Assembly: GCA_045617185.1 (NCBI GenBank)
Contig: JAZLIB010000173.1
Span: 1 to 45,732, forward strand
DNA from: Vescimonas sp.
GTDB taxonomy: Bacteria; Bacillota; Clostridia; Oscillospirales; Oscillospiraceae
Direction: 5' to 3'
Length of the DNA stretch: 45,732 nt
The notes beneath the pieces are model-generated. The model was not told where the DNA came from, did not search any database, and saw nothing but the letters and a program-made list of their open reading frames with translations. A program made the translations under genes and the position numbers. Shown here piece by piece: positions 18,901 to 28,522 of the stretch (position 1 is its first letter; each line of letters begins with the position of its first letter).

Positions 18901-19651
18901 GACGTTCAATTTTGACGATATTGGCAGCATATTCTGCCGGAATAGTGCGCAGTATACTGCCCAAACCGTTCTCAATAGAATTTGCACGGCGCATTTCGGA
19001 CATGAATCGGAACTCCACAGGCGGGATTTCAATAGCCGCGCCCAAATATTTACCGTCATATTCAATGAAATCATCTGCAATACCGGTGAATGCAATGATG
19101 TCCTTCATGTCATAACCGCTTGACTTATCAGTCTGCGTTGCCCTTGCCTGCTTTTTCGCTGCACTCTGCTGCGCGCGCTTGCGCCAGATCGCATCCTTTT
19201 CTTCTGCTGTTGCCTTTTTACTGCGAAGAATCTTGTCGTCTGCCTTACGCTCGGCACGCTCCGCCTTGCGACGCTGCGCGCTATCCATTTCGCTGACATC
19301 ATTTGCTTCTTCCTCTTCCTCAAAGAGGCTTTCGAAGGCGACTTTATCTCTACCCTCTGCTTTCATCCGCTTGAGCGTGTCATCTTTGAATACGCGATCA
19401 AAGGAACGGCGGTAAGCAAAGTGATGCAATATATGCAGCAGATAGACATAATTCGGCTCCGAATCCAGACGCACCAATAATGCAACTGCAATAATCAGCA
19501 ATGTGATCGCAATTGCCCATTTACCGGGTATGGTTGATGCAAACACCAGCAGGATCATAACTGCGGCAATACCGCCGACTATCATATCTCCTAAGGTTAC
19601 ACCCTTGAAAAACTCCACCTGTACTTTAGTTTTACCGGGTATAAGTCGCAT
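15950..19651 (-). CDS. virB4: VirB4/TraE-family T4SS ATPase with fused N-terminal PrgI/VirB3-like membrane domain and acidic C-terminal extension
   Basis: Walker A GKSGSGKS, VIDPENEY, LNPF, Walker B VVIDEAH, KRIRKYNG and ITQN; two N-terminal TM helices, as in Mollicutes ICE-type VirB4. Confidence 0.93.
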   Translation of the reverse strand: MRLIPGKTKVQVEFFKGVTLGDMIVGGIAAVMILLVFASTIPGKWAIAITLLIIAVALLVRLDSEPNYVYLLHILHHFAYRRSFDRVFKDDTLKRMKAEGRDKVAFESLFEEEEEANDVSEMDSAQRRKAERAERKADDKILRSKKATAEEKDAIWRKRAQQSAAKKQARATQTDKSSGYDMKDIIAFTGIADDFIEYDGKYLGAAIEIPPVEFRFMSEMRRANSIENGLGSILRTIPAEYAANIVKIERPVIYNQYLDNEYDKLDELRSAYEKGMLSEEELKSRVEVMYDRINDLQRLCDQEKVMLPFYYLVLFHSDRQQLQNMVRSAMDNLQRGEMEPHRLNNKELAIFLKYTNQADFNEHDIDQIDPDHYALWAMPEKVRIKGRYTEVNHIITHNMRIVNYPSVVNDAWLASVLSLPATKVVIKCTPMDRSKAIRSIDHSIQELRSRYVNTGVDSKRLELQEHIQTLGNLLTTLQGDNEALLEMNVYVTAYDIHATRADEGMVQPPPSCLASIANMKRLVRRTYQEQGMTLNGMEFDQTNAFIGSQVSAWDPMHGKGRGVPSNSVAAAYPWVFAYVSDENGVRLGSSDGVPIFVDFFRRDSERVNSNMVIVGKSGSGKSYATKSILTNLAADGAKIFVIDPENEYTELADNLHGKFINVGNAKFGRLNPFHIITALDDDEADGNSVSGSYATHLQFLEEFFRQIMPDCEKDAMEYLNSMVDRMYTNMGITAETDLSKLRPSDYPIFDDLYDAILAEFQSTDNEYIRSMLRTLMNYVAKFSTGGRNASIWNGPSSVTTAENFTVFNFQSLLANRNTTIANAQMLLVLKYIDNEIIKNRDYNIKYGLNRKIVVVIDEAHVFIDTKYPAALDFMYQLAKRIRKYNGMQIVITQNIKDFVGSEEIARKSTAIINACQYSFIFPLSPNDMGDLCTLYEKAGGINEVEQEQIVNAPRGQAFAVMSPQSRTTFQIRVPQDTVAMFRKPHYQSHYFAYEQGAINWAEFLGDSKEKRAMLNLVADTVEEAAQEEEVRSHVSFLEISEEDFAADTAQKEAPQETVLFEVEEPAVPERKETEPALSVDVPVAPTPIQPAMPQVIVQAPSTSGETEKILSELLNRFTYDSMKEEIRRSLREELQTELPAREESVPAQETALGSIFNEDAMAQRAAEAQVADTYTTAENSEDTDSGFDIMAMLLAEAENVKDMSAIDMMIDYDEKIVEISLEDLTSYIIKKKT

Positions 19652-19711
19652 ATAGGTTCACCGCCTTACTTGAATGAGAATATCGTTGCTCTTTGTGCCA
19701 GGCACACATTA

Positions 19712-22210
19712 TCATTTACCCTTACCGCGCAATATGGGTGGGTTCCTGAGCGGTTGCTGGTTGTTCCCGAGGTTTGAGTTGAGATTTGTACCTGCAGGAC
19801 TCACCGGGGCACTGGTTTGGGCACTTGCTGTGCCTATGTTGGAGGATAGATTTGTTGCACTTGTCGGGCTTACCGGACTTGCCGAATTGGAGCCAGTAGC
19901 AACACTTGTATTGGTCGCGCTGCTGGTACCCGGAGCAATGCCACTCGCGCCGGCTGAATTGGCATTGTTATTCATGTTCGTACCAGTTCCTGCGCTTCCG
20001 CCGGCCATGGTAGTTGCGTCCGAAGTGAAAGCACCGTGGTCCATCGGACTTACTTCGCCACCCGGCTGCGTACCACTTCCGCCACCTGTGCCTATGCCGC
20101 TGCCCGGCTGCGTACCGCTTCCGCCACCTGTGCTTATGCCGCTGCCAGGCTGCGTACCGCTGACACCGCCTGTGCTTACGCCGCTGCCCGGTTGTGTACC
20201 GCTGACACCGCCTGTGCTTATGCCGCTATCCGGCTGCGTACCGCTGCTGCGGAGGTTTGTTCCGCCCGGCTGCATACCGCTGCCGCCGCCAAGGTTTGTA
20301 CCGCTACCCGGCTGCGTACCACTTCCGTCGCCAGAACCTGTACCACCCGGCTGCGAGGAAGCTACCTGCGCGCCAGATTGGTCATTCTGCAGTGACTGAT
20401 CGCTGGGCGAATTACGAACTGCATTGTACGCCATACCGGCCAGACCGCCCTTATCGGCAAAATTACCCCAACTCTGTCTGACCGAGTTTCCCCAGTTTTT
20501 GACACCTTGGTAAGCGCCCACGGCGGCACCGGCAACCTTCCTGCCCAGTGCGGTCGCACCGGTGGCATCGGAAACCAAGCCCAATGCACCACCGGCAACC
20601 ATGCCTGCACCCTTAATGCCCATGCCTGCTGCGCCCATAGCGGCACCGCCGGCAGCCTTTGTCATGCCAACACCCCAGTCGAAGGCCTTGTCGCCCATGC
20701 GATTGGCCGTTTCGTGGCTGTGCATGGCGGTCATGGCACTGTTGTTGGTCAGAATACCGGTAACCATGTTGCTGAAGCCTTCCACCGCTTCCAGACCGCC
20801 CACAATCAGCAGTACCTTGGCGATGAAGTTGAGGGATACTGACTGGAAGAGTACCAGATCGGGGCTGAGAATAACAGGTGCAAACAGGATCACCAAGCGC
20901 ATGGGAATAATGACACCCAAAACGCCCAATCCCTGCAGCACCATATTCAGCATCCATTGCTTGAACTTTTCACCGTCGTCCAGCGGCATGGCCGCGATGG
21001 TCAGCGGTGCAACAATATAGAGGGAAATCATGCTGAAAATACGCATGATACAACTGAAAATGCAGCGCATCAAATTACGCAGCGTGAAATACGCCAGAAC
21101 CCAGATGAAAATATAGCTGATTCCCGTAATGCCGATATTAAAGGCACCGCTGACATCGTCAAGACTATAAATGCTCTTTTCGCCGGTGTAAAATGCTCCT
21201 CGCAGGCCGTCTGTCAGATAGGGATTTTCATTATATTTATTGTTGCGGGCAGCGCTGGTTGTGCCGGAAAGGAACAGCACGCGGTCCAAGCCCACCCCAT
21301 TCGTCACGGAATATGTGCTCTTGTAGTTATCCAATGCCCCGAAGCCTGCATCGCTACGCAAGATATCCATGATATTCAAAAGCGCCGTGGACACCTCGTC
21401 ATGTCGGATATCCAGACTTAGTTCAATCGAAGGATCGTGGGCATACACCAACTCCTGCAAGGCACTTTGCCATGTAGCAACCTCAACCTCCTTGCCGGAG
21501 TCCGAGATCTCTGTGGTGACATATGCCACATCAAAGATACCCTGCTGCTCCAGATAGGACAGATCCTCACGCACATCGTTATAGCAACTATTCAAATTAT
21601 AATAACTGTTGTACGACGGATTGAGCGAGTAGTTGCCGATGGTCTTATAAACTCGTGCCATGGTGGCGTATTGCTCATCGGTAAACTGGATTTCCTGTGG
21701 CTGAGAAAAGGAATCCGCATTATCAAAAACATAGCTGATACGATTGATAGTCAGGTTGGTCAGGTTCAATGCTGCGCTCAAGGCAAAACTCAGAATCAAC
21801 ATACCAAAAATGCTCTTGAACATACTGGTCAGAATCGTACTCATGGTACGGTTCTGCATTTTATCATTCAGATCAAAACCTTTTCGAACAACGGTAATCA
21901 GCGTGAATACGATGACAAAAACAATGCCCAGCAACGTAATTGCCCAATACACATTGGATATGGACTTGTTCTGGAAAAACACATCCACCAGGTACATATC
22001 TTCGCCGCTGTACTTCACCTTTGTGGTGCCGGAAAAGACATCAAACAGCTGCTGCAGTACAGACACCAGCCACATAAACGCGTTGGTGATATAATACATG
22101 ACCTTTCCGACGAAGTTGCTGATGGCGGTGGTGATCGAATCACCAATGCTGTCGGCGAGACTGCTCATTGCACCGGAAATAGTATTAATTGCACTATCGA
22201 CTAATCCCAT
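19712..22210 (-). CDS. VirB6/TrbL-like T4SS polytopic membrane protein with long G/S/T-rich C-terminal tail
   Basis: TM clusters at both ends of a large loop; R.FS...LYIVAPL.IA.MPLDDGEKFKQW motif typical of VirB6-like ICE membrane proteins; G/A-rich segment and low-complexity tail as in TrbL; directly upstream of virB4. Confidence 0.82.
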   Translation of the reverse strand: MGLVDSAINTISGAMSSLADSIGDSITTAISNFVGKVMYYITNAFMWLVSVLQQLFDVFSGTTKVKYSGEDMYLVDVFFQNKSISNVYWAITLLGIVFVIVFTLITVVRKGFDLNDKMQNRTMSTILTSMFKSIFGMLILSFALSAALNLTNLTINRISYVFDNADSFSQPQEIQFTDEQYATMARVYKTIGNYSLNPSYNSYYNLNSCYNDVREDLSYLEQQGIFDVAYVTTEISDSGKEVEVATWQSALQELVYAHDPSIELSLDIRHDEVSTALLNIMDILRSDAGFGALDNYKSTYSVTNGVGLDRVLFLSGTTSAARNNKYNENPYLTDGLRGAFYTGEKSIYSLDDVSGAFNIGITGISYIFIWVLAYFTLRNLMRCIFSCIMRIFSMISLYIVAPLTIAAMPLDDGEKFKQWMLNMVLQGLGVLGVIIPMRLVILFAPVILSPDLVLFQSVSLNFIAKVLLIVGGLEAVEGFSNMVTGILTNNSAMTAMHSHETANRMGDKAFDWGVGMTKAAGGAAMGAAGMGIKGAGMVAGGALGLVSDATGATALGRKVAGAAVGAYQGVKNWGNSVRQSWGNFADKGGLAGMAYNAVRNSPSDQSLQNDQSGAQVASSQPGGTGSGDGSGTQPGSGTNLGGGSGMQPGGTNLRSSGTQPDSGISTGGVSGTQPGSGVSTGGVSGTQPGSGISTGGGSGTQPGSGIGTGGGSGTQPGGEVSPMDHGAFTSDATTMAGGSAGTGTNMNNNANSAGASGIAPGTSSATNTSVATGSNSASPVSPTSATNLSSNIGTASAQTSAPVSPAGTNLNSNLGNNQQPLRNPPILRGKGK
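20061..20355. repeat. 42-bp coding tandem repeats (SGTQPGSG.STGG.), four full units plus degenerate ones
   Basis: CC(C/A)GG(C/T)TG(C/T)GTACC units at 20061, 20103, 20145 and 20187, with degenerate copies from 20229 onward. Confidence 0.9.
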
Positions 22211-22248
22211 GATTTGTTCCTCTCTTTGATGATCTCATCATCTGTAGC

Positions 22249-23196
22249 TCAGCGAACTCGCAAATGCTTCCTCTTACGGAGCAGATACAGCGTAACACTC
22301 ACAATCACCACAAAGGTTACTGCGAAAAATGCCAGGCTGCTGATGTTCAGATAAACCTGAATGACAAACTTGTAAGTGGTCTTATTCCCCGCCTGATCCT
22401 GCACAGTCACTACATAGCTGCCGCTTTGTGTCAGTTGATCCCGATAACTGATGGTATCTCCGTTAAGCTGGATTAAAGCGGTTGCCCCCTCCTCCAAATC
22501 GGAGATATCTACGGGGCCTTTCGCCACATCGTTTTCCACAGCTTCCAATGCAAGGGTCGGCGCGGTATGGTCTACCGCAATGTCCAACTGATAAGACGCA
22601 CCGGTAGCCTGACAGACATAGGAAATCGTATAGTTTCCTTCCTCCTGCAAATCGACTCTTGTGGTGGTGGCATCCACGCTCTGTCCGTCACGCAATACGC
22701 TCTTGACCACGAAGCCCGCGGGCATTACATACTCATTGAGCGCGCCGGTGGTAGTACTAACAATAGTGAAACGGACAGACTGGGTAGCCTGTGCGCTGTT
22801 CTTAACGCTCAGCACATAACTGCCCGGCTCGTAAATATTGCTCAGATCCGCTTGATCGACCGGGTTGCCGTTGCGATAAAGTTCTGTTGCAACGCCTGCC
22901 GGTACATCAAACTTCACAGGTTCCGTCGTCACCATGCCGTCTGCTACGGACGATAAAATCTCCGCATCATTGGATGCCTTATACACAAACATATGATTGA
23001 TTTGATTATAGTACGCGCTATCAGATACGACGACATGCTCGTTACTGCTTTCGCTGCCACCCTCCGTGCCAAGGGGCTGTCCGGAAAAGCTGTTCACCTC
23101 TCCGCTGTAATCCATGTCCACCTCTGTGGCATAGGCAGGCAGAATCAGCGACAGTAACAGCAATGATATAATTGTCAAACGAAACGTCTTTTTCAC
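22249..23196 (-). CDS. Single-pass membrane protein: signal peptide, Ig-like ectodomain, C-terminal TM and basic tail
   Basis: GTG start with RBS GAGGAG; cleavage site AYA; Ig-like motifs EEGNYTISY, DHTAPTL and GSYVVTVQDQAGNKT; TM then RKRKHLRVR. Confidence 0.85.
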   Translation of the reverse strand: MKKTFRLTIISLLLLSLILPAYATEVDMDYSGEVNSFSGQPLGTEGGSESSNEHVVVSDSAYYNQINHMFVYKASNDAEILSSVADGMVTTEPVKFDVPAGVATELYRNGNPVDQADLSNIYEPGSYVLSVKNSAQATQSVRFTIVSTTTGALNEYVMPAGFVVKSVLRDGQSVDATTTRVDLQEEGNYTISYVCQATGASYQLDIAVDHTAPTLALEAVENDVAKGPVDISDLEEGATALIQLNGDTISYRDQLTQSGSYVVTVQDQAGNKTTYKFVIQVYLNISSLAFFAVTFVVIVSVTLYLLRKRKHLRVR

Positions 23197-23219
23197 AGCG
23201 CGTTCTCCTCAACGACAGT

Positions 23220-25256
23220 TTAGTTCCCTAAAATGATTTGATTTCGTGTGTTGATGTCATAAAACACCTCATCGGCCAAAAACGCATGGGAACGGATATT
23301 GTCCATATTCATGCGCCCGAAGTGATAATATTTGCACTTATATGAGGGGGTGTACTTGGTCATCAACGGATAGTTACCAAAGGTAACGATGATGGCGTTA
23401 CCGGTAGATTTTTTGTTGTTCAGCTTCTGCAGCTCGCTGGGATAGATCAGCGGGCGGGTCTGCAGCTGATTGGATACGTTCACATCGCCATCGCGACTGC
23501 CCGCATTGGACGAGGTGGATGTGGTGCGCACAGTCTTGTTGCCGCACAGTTCGCTGAACTCCTTGCAGGTTTCAATATCGTTGGAGCCAATGAACATCTT
23601 CATGCCGCAGTTGGACTTGACCACCTCTGCCACGCCCTCGCCGTAGATATTCTTCAACTGGGCATAGCTCTGTACCACCATGTTGAACCAGATCTTACGG
23701 GAACGGCCAACGGTGATCATCTTATCAAATTTCTCAATCTTCGGCATATTACCGAACTCATCCATGATGAAGTATACATTGCGCGGCAGGGACAGGTCCT
23801 CGCGAGCAGATGCCACCTTAATCAGGGCCTTATACATACTCAGAACGAACAAGGAGGCCAAACCGTGGCGGGTATCCTTCTCATCAGGGATCTTCAGGAA
23901 CAGTGCCGTGGGACGATTGGCAAACTGATCGGCATGGATATCCGTTGCCGAGGTCAGACCACAGATGCCGCGGTCATTGAAAAGCGACAGCTTATCAAAG
24001 GTGATGGACATATAGCTGGACATGGTCTGGTCCGCTGCCGCCAGCACCTGACGGGACAGCGTAACCGCCTGCGACAGCGGATTCCTGCCATCGAAGTAGT
24101 CTTTCAGGGCCTGATAGTTGTTGTCGCTGTTGGTCAGAATCTTATTGATATTGAAGAAATTGAACTTCTCCTTTGTCATATGTAAACGGGGATCCGTGCT
24201 GTCCTCCAGCATGGCGATGCAGGTCGCCAGTACGATAGAGCGGGCACCCTTTTCCCAAAGGGGCTCTTTTTCATTGGTAATCGGGCAGATACCGGATACC
24301 AGATCGCTCAGATCCTCGTACATCTCGTCGTAAATTTTTTGCTTTGTGGTTGCCACATCATCGTGGCAATGGCGCAGATCAGCATAGGCTCTACCACGCC
24401 ACTCGCACCATACCTCACCTGGTTCGGCTGAACCGTCCATCTGTTCCAGATTGGAATACGATGCCATATCATCACGGTGGGCAACAATACCCTTATCCGC
24501 CGCAAGATACTCCTGATACATATCCCAAATGGGCTCCAGCGGATTCCAACGTGAAGAGGAATAGGTGTCACGCAGATCCAGTACCTGCACATCATAGCCG
24601 CGTTCCGTCAGATACTTGGAATGCAGATCGAACAGTTCACCCTTGGGATCTGTCATAATCATGGAACTTCCGCAGTTGGTAGCGGCCAGCAGTTGGATCA
24701 TTGGGTTAATAAATGTGGTGGTCTTACCGGAACCGGTAGCACCGACAATCAGTGAATGAGCACCGTTGAGGAAGTTAATACGGAACTGGCCCTTATTGTC
24801 CACCAGCGCACGGACCGGAATACCATCCTGCTTATGGCTGGAGAGTCCTTCCAGTTCTCCATATACAAGAGGTTTATAATACGTATCACGCTCTTTGTCT
24901 GTCATAAAACGGCTGTTTTCCAGCACGCTGTTGACATCAGCCTTCTTTTTAGCAGACAGCGCACCGCCCAGACCGCTGAAATAAAAGCCATGATTGATCA
25001 TGCTGATCAGCGCAAAAATGGCCACCACCACCAGGCCAACTACCCATGTCTGCCATTCAATGAAAAAATGCAGGCGGAAGGCAAATCCTTCACCCATGAT
25101 GAGGCCGCCAATACCGGCGATGGCACTGCGCAGCAGAAAGCCCACAATGCCCGAGGCCACGATACCAACCAGAATAAACAGGGTATACTTTCCGTTGCCC
25201 AAATCTTTTATTGTATTCCCCATTTTTTTCTGCAGATTGGTCTTGTCTTTATTCAC
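23220..25256 (-). CDS. virD4: VirD4/TraG-family type IV coupling protein
   Basis: Start refined to GTG 25256 (RBS AGGGAGG); N-terminal TM helices; Walker A GATGSGKT, DPKGEL, WNPL, MDEFGN, GRSR and QSYAQL...YG. Confidence 0.93.
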   Translation of the reverse strand: MNKDKTNLQKKMGNTIKDLGNGKYTLFILVGIVASGIVGFLLRSAIAGIGGLIMGEGFAFRLHFFIEWQTWVVGLVVVAIFALISMINHGFYFSGLGGALSAKKKADVNSVLENSRFMTDKERDTYYKPLVYGELEGLSSHKQDGIPVRALVDNKGQFRINFLNGAHSLIVGATGSGKTTTFINPMIQLLAATNCGSSMIMTDPKGELFDLHSKYLTERGYDVQVLDLRDTYSSSRWNPLEPIWDMYQEYLAADKGIVAHRDDMASYSNLEQMDGSAEPGEVWCEWRGRAYADLRHCHDDVATTKQKIYDEMYEDLSDLVSGICPITNEKEPLWEKGARSIVLATCIAMLEDSTDPRLHMTKEKFNFFNINKILTNSDNNYQALKDYFDGRNPLSQAVTLSRQVLAAADQTMSSYMSITFDKLSLFNDRGICGLTSATDIHADQFANRPTALFLKIPDEKDTRHGLASLFVLSMYKALIKVASAREDLSLPRNVYFIMDEFGNMPKIEKFDKMITVGRSRKIWFNMVVQSYAQLKNIYGEGVAEVVKSNCGMKMFIGSNDIETCKEFSELCGNKTVRTTSTSSNAGSRDGDVNVSNQLQTRPLIYPSELQKLNNKKSTGNAIIVTFGNYPLMTKYTPSYKCKYYHFGRMNMDNIRSHAFLADEVFYDINTRNQIILGN

Positions 25257-25283
25257 CCTTGTGACCTCCCTTTTATGCGTTTG

Positions 25284-25326
25284 TGTACTGCACTCCCAAA
25301 AATTGCGTTTTAAGGAGTGCAGTACA
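25284..25326. other. 13-bp perfect inverted repeat in the virD4 leader
   Basis: TGTACTGCACTCC-17 nt-GGAGTGCAGTACA, no U-tract. Confidence 0.6.
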
Positions 25327-25371
25327 TCATATTGCTTGTTACATTTTTTGCTTATGTGCAAAATTTCTTCT

Positions 25372-28300
25372 TTACAGGCCTTCGCTGCCCAGATATCTGC
25401 CGGGATACGGCAGACCGGGGCGACCATGCCTGTAATTCCATTCATAATCGTCGCAGTAAACCGTCATGTCGCCGCTGTTGTCATCTGCCTTGCAGGTGAA
25501 TGTTGCGCCGCTGGTAGATGTCACCGTCCACAGCAATGTACCGCTTGTCCAGCTGCTGCTCGCCTTATAATAAGCGGGCTCGCACTTGTAGGACGCACCC
25601 TTAAAGGCGCCCGATGTATAGGTAGCCGACAGGATATTACCGTTCACATCCTGCTTTTCCGTATGGTCGGGATAGATGTAGGTATAGCCTGTAACAGTTT
25701 TGCTGCCGTCCTCTGCGTCTGCCACCTCCATAGTATAGGTGCAGCGCTTGATGCCGTCCGCGCCGTAGACCTCACCGATCAGGTGCACACGGTCAATGAC
25801 CTCGCGGGAGCCGTCATCGTACTTCCACTCAGTCTTGGGGCTACCGCCGTTGACAGGCTGGTCATAGGTTTTTCCGTCTACCGTCCAGTAGTCGGTGTAA
25901 TAACCGTGCTTTGCCACGCTGTACACCGTCTTGGTGCCGTTCTCGTTTGTGGCGGTACTGCGGATAATATTGCCATTCACATCGTAGTCGACTCGCTTTG
26001 TCACTTCATCGCCGTTCATCACGATTTCCGAACTGGTGCCGTCATCACGTTTCGCCAGAAGCGTACCGTCAGCCAATTCGGAAATCTGGCTGAAAACGTT
26101 CGGTTCATTCACGACGTTCACTTTGCCGGAAATATTGACCTTCGGGAACGCACCAGTGCCTTCGATCTGATGTGTTCTGCCTGTGTCATAGTTTATAATA
26201 ACAGGTGTAGCGGTATTACCGCACACCGCAGCATACGCGCCGTCCACGACCACACGCCAATCACCGTCAGCAACCATGCTCGTTCCGGTGATTATACTGA
26301 TCTCACTGGGGTTCAAGCCCTTAAAATGGCTGTTCCATGTGTGGAAATCGCCTCGATCCAGCCTGTCAGAAACTTCTTTCTCGGGCAGGCTTTTTAAGGA
26401 AAACAGATTGAATTTCATTTCCATGCCGGTCAGCAAAACGCCGGAATTGCGGACGTGAATCTCCGCGTTGGACAGGCGAATGCTCTGCGGGCTGATCAAA
26501 TAGCCGCCGCATTCCACGCAGGCGCCGTCGCTGATTTGCAGATTGTTGGCTGTATTGCTCAGCATCAAACGGGCATCCGGCATAATAACCAGATTGCCCT
26601 CACCCCGCACAGTAGTGGGAGCAGACCTCGCAGCCTTGCGATAGGTGGACTCGTTTTCCTTCAACTCGCTCTGCCGCGTCTTCAGCTCATCGGCCTGCAG
26701 CCGCTTCACGTTGTAGGCAGCCCGGGCTTCATCCACCGCGAGCCATGCAGTCTGCAGATCCTCATACTCTCCATGCAGGGTATCGTAGTCCGAGCCTTTG
26801 GCTTTGATATAATCCTTGGCTTCCTGAACTCTTTTCGCGCGTAAAGTGTCTTTTTCTTTCAGCGCTTCATCTAAAAAGTCCTGCACCAGCAGCAGGAAAG
26901 CCATCCGTTCCATAGAGGAAAGATCTTTTCCCAATTCCTCATCATTCAAGATACTTTCCTTTGTGGCTCCTTTCTGTCCGACCTTAACGCCGAGGGCAAT
27001 GAGGGTTTTTTGGGCCTCTGGGCTCATAGTTCGCTTGCCGGTTTCGACATCTTCGTTGATCTTCTTTTCCCACTCTTTGCCGAATTCACCGGGCGAAAGA
27101 GCGAACTTATCTTCACCGTCCACAATGATGTTGCGAATATCACTGTCCTTGATAAGTTCGGCTTCGTGGGAATCAAGTTTCGCCTTTACCTCAGCGGCAT
27201 ATTTCTTCTGACCACTTTTCTCGTAATAGGCCAGATCCTCGGTTTCTTCCTCAATCAAGGCGGTAAGGCGTGCGATCTCATCCTCTAATGTCTGCAGAAT
27301 CCCCATGAGATCTTCGGCCAAACCCTCACAAATTGAGGCACTTTGCTCACGATGCTCGACCCAGCCTTCTGCTTCATTTGCCTCTTCATTGGCAGTTTTC
27401 AGCTCCGCCTCAAGCTCTGTCAGGTTATTCTTGCAATTGTCGGCCTGCTGTTCATAGTAGGCCTTCAGATCGTAATCCGCACCGCTGCAGTTCAAATAAC
27501 CGTCGGACTCAAAACCCTTGGTCATGCAGGCACCTTCCCGCATCACGATGGTACCTCGGTTCTCGATGGTACCGCTGTTGAAAAGATGGCCATCCACCAC
27601 CAGCGTACCGCCGGGACTGACAGAAAGAGTCTGCCCCTCCCTGATGTAGCAGTTGCCGGTGGTCTGCAGTGTCTGGCCTTCGCCGATGACCTGACCGCCG
27701 ATCACATTGAATGTTTCCTTATGGCCGATATAGACCGCAAATTCGCCAAATGTGTTGTCGCTTAGAGCGCTCATACAGCCGTATCCCTTGCTGCCACTAT
27801 ACGTAAAGCCGGTATCGCGACCGAAAACATTGGCAAAAATGACCACGCGCTTTCCGTTGTCGATACCATCGGCATAGTCGCCGCCCAGTTCCTTGGTGTA
27901 GAAAGTCCAGCGCTCGTCACGGGTATCCTTCGGCTCACCGGTCAGCCAATCCCAGTCATCGTAGCCGTCCAGATGGTACTTTTGGTTCTCACCGAAGCGG
28001 ACAAAATACTGATGGGCATTCTCGTTGTCCTCGTCGTCCCGGACATACTGGATTGTCCAATCCGTCATGGGGCCATCCGTATAGAAACTGGCGCAATCGT
28101 CCTCACAGGGAAGGGGATATTCAGCGCCATCGGAGAACGCTGTGCCGCCAATACAATCCCAGTAGGTTCGGCTATCGCTGTTCCATACACTATCGCCGCT
28201 TTTGCCGCTGCCGGTGAGATAATAGTTCTTCTCACCGCTTTTCCAGCAGATCAGCACAGGGTGCTGTTCCTTATCGGTGGGCAGGTCCTTTTGGGAATAC

Positions 28301-28452
28301 ACGCGGTCCCATTCATAAATTTCCTTTGTGGTTCCCTCGTCATTTGCCGCATGGGCGGCAGCGGGAATCAGGGAAAGGCACATCACACCGGCAAGAAGAA
28401 GGGATACCGCTTTCCTCGTCACGCTATTCAATTTACAGGTAAAGCTCGTCAT
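25372..28452 (-). CDS. Large secreted protein, 1026 aa: beta-rich N-domain, beta-solenoid interrupted by a long coiled coil, C-terminal beta-hairpin repeats; candidate adhesin or pilus-associated protein
   Basis: RBS AGAGGAG; signal peptide ending AAHA; G.TL.V..GG.L.V.G repeats; E/K/A-rich heptad region; DGSK/DGT-type hairpin repeats. Follows the pilin gene. Confidence 0.82.
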   Translation of the reverse strand: MTSFTCKLNSVTRKAVSLLLAGVMCLSLIPAAAHAANDEGTTKEIYEWDRVYSQKDLPTDKEQHPVLICWKSGEKNYYLTGSGKSGDSVWNSDSRTYWDCIGGTAFSDGAEYPLPCEDDCASFYTDGPMTDWTIQYVRDDEDNENAHQYFVRFGENQKYHLDGYDDWDWLTGEPKDTRDERWTFYTKELGGDYADGIDNGKRVVIFANVFGRDTGFTYSGSKGYGCMSALSDNTFGEFAVYIGHKETFNVIGGQVIGEGQTLQTTGNCYIREGQTLSVSPGGTLVVDGHLFNSGTIENRGTIVMREGACMTKGFESDGYLNCSGADYDLKAYYEQQADNCKNNLTELEAELKTANEEANEAEGWVEHREQSASICEGLAEDLMGILQTLEDEIARLTALIEEETEDLAYYEKSGQKKYAAEVKAKLDSHEAELIKDSDIRNIIVDGEDKFALSPGEFGKEWEKKINEDVETGKRTMSPEAQKTLIALGVKVGQKGATKESILNDEELGKDLSSMERMAFLLLVQDFLDEALKEKDTLRAKRVQEAKDYIKAKGSDYDTLHGEYEDLQTAWLAVDEARAAYNVKRLQADELKTRQSELKENESTYRKAARSAPTTVRGEGNLVIMPDARLMLSNTANNLQISDGACVECGGYLISPQSIRLSNAEIHVRNSGVLLTGMEMKFNLFSLKSLPEKEVSDRLDRGDFHTWNSHFKGLNPSEISIITGTSMVADGDWRVVVDGAYAAVCGNTATPVIINYDTGRTHQIEGTGAFPKVNISGKVNVVNEPNVFSQISELADGTLLAKRDDGTSSEIVMNGDEVTKRVDYDVNGNIIRSTATNENGTKTVYSVAKHGYYTDYWTVDGKTYDQPVNGGSPKTEWKYDDGSREVIDRVHLIGEVYGADGIKRCTYTMEVADAEDGSKTVTGYTYIYPDHTEKQDVNGNILSATYTSGAFKGASYKCEPAYYKASSSWTSGTLLWTVTSTSGATFTCKADDNSGDMTVYCDDYEWNYRHGRPGLPYPGRYLGSEGL

Positions 28453-28522
28453 ATCCGTTCTCCTCTTTCGGTTATCCTATGTATGATGTATTAGTTTGCG
28501 TAAAGTGCTGTGATTGCAAAAA

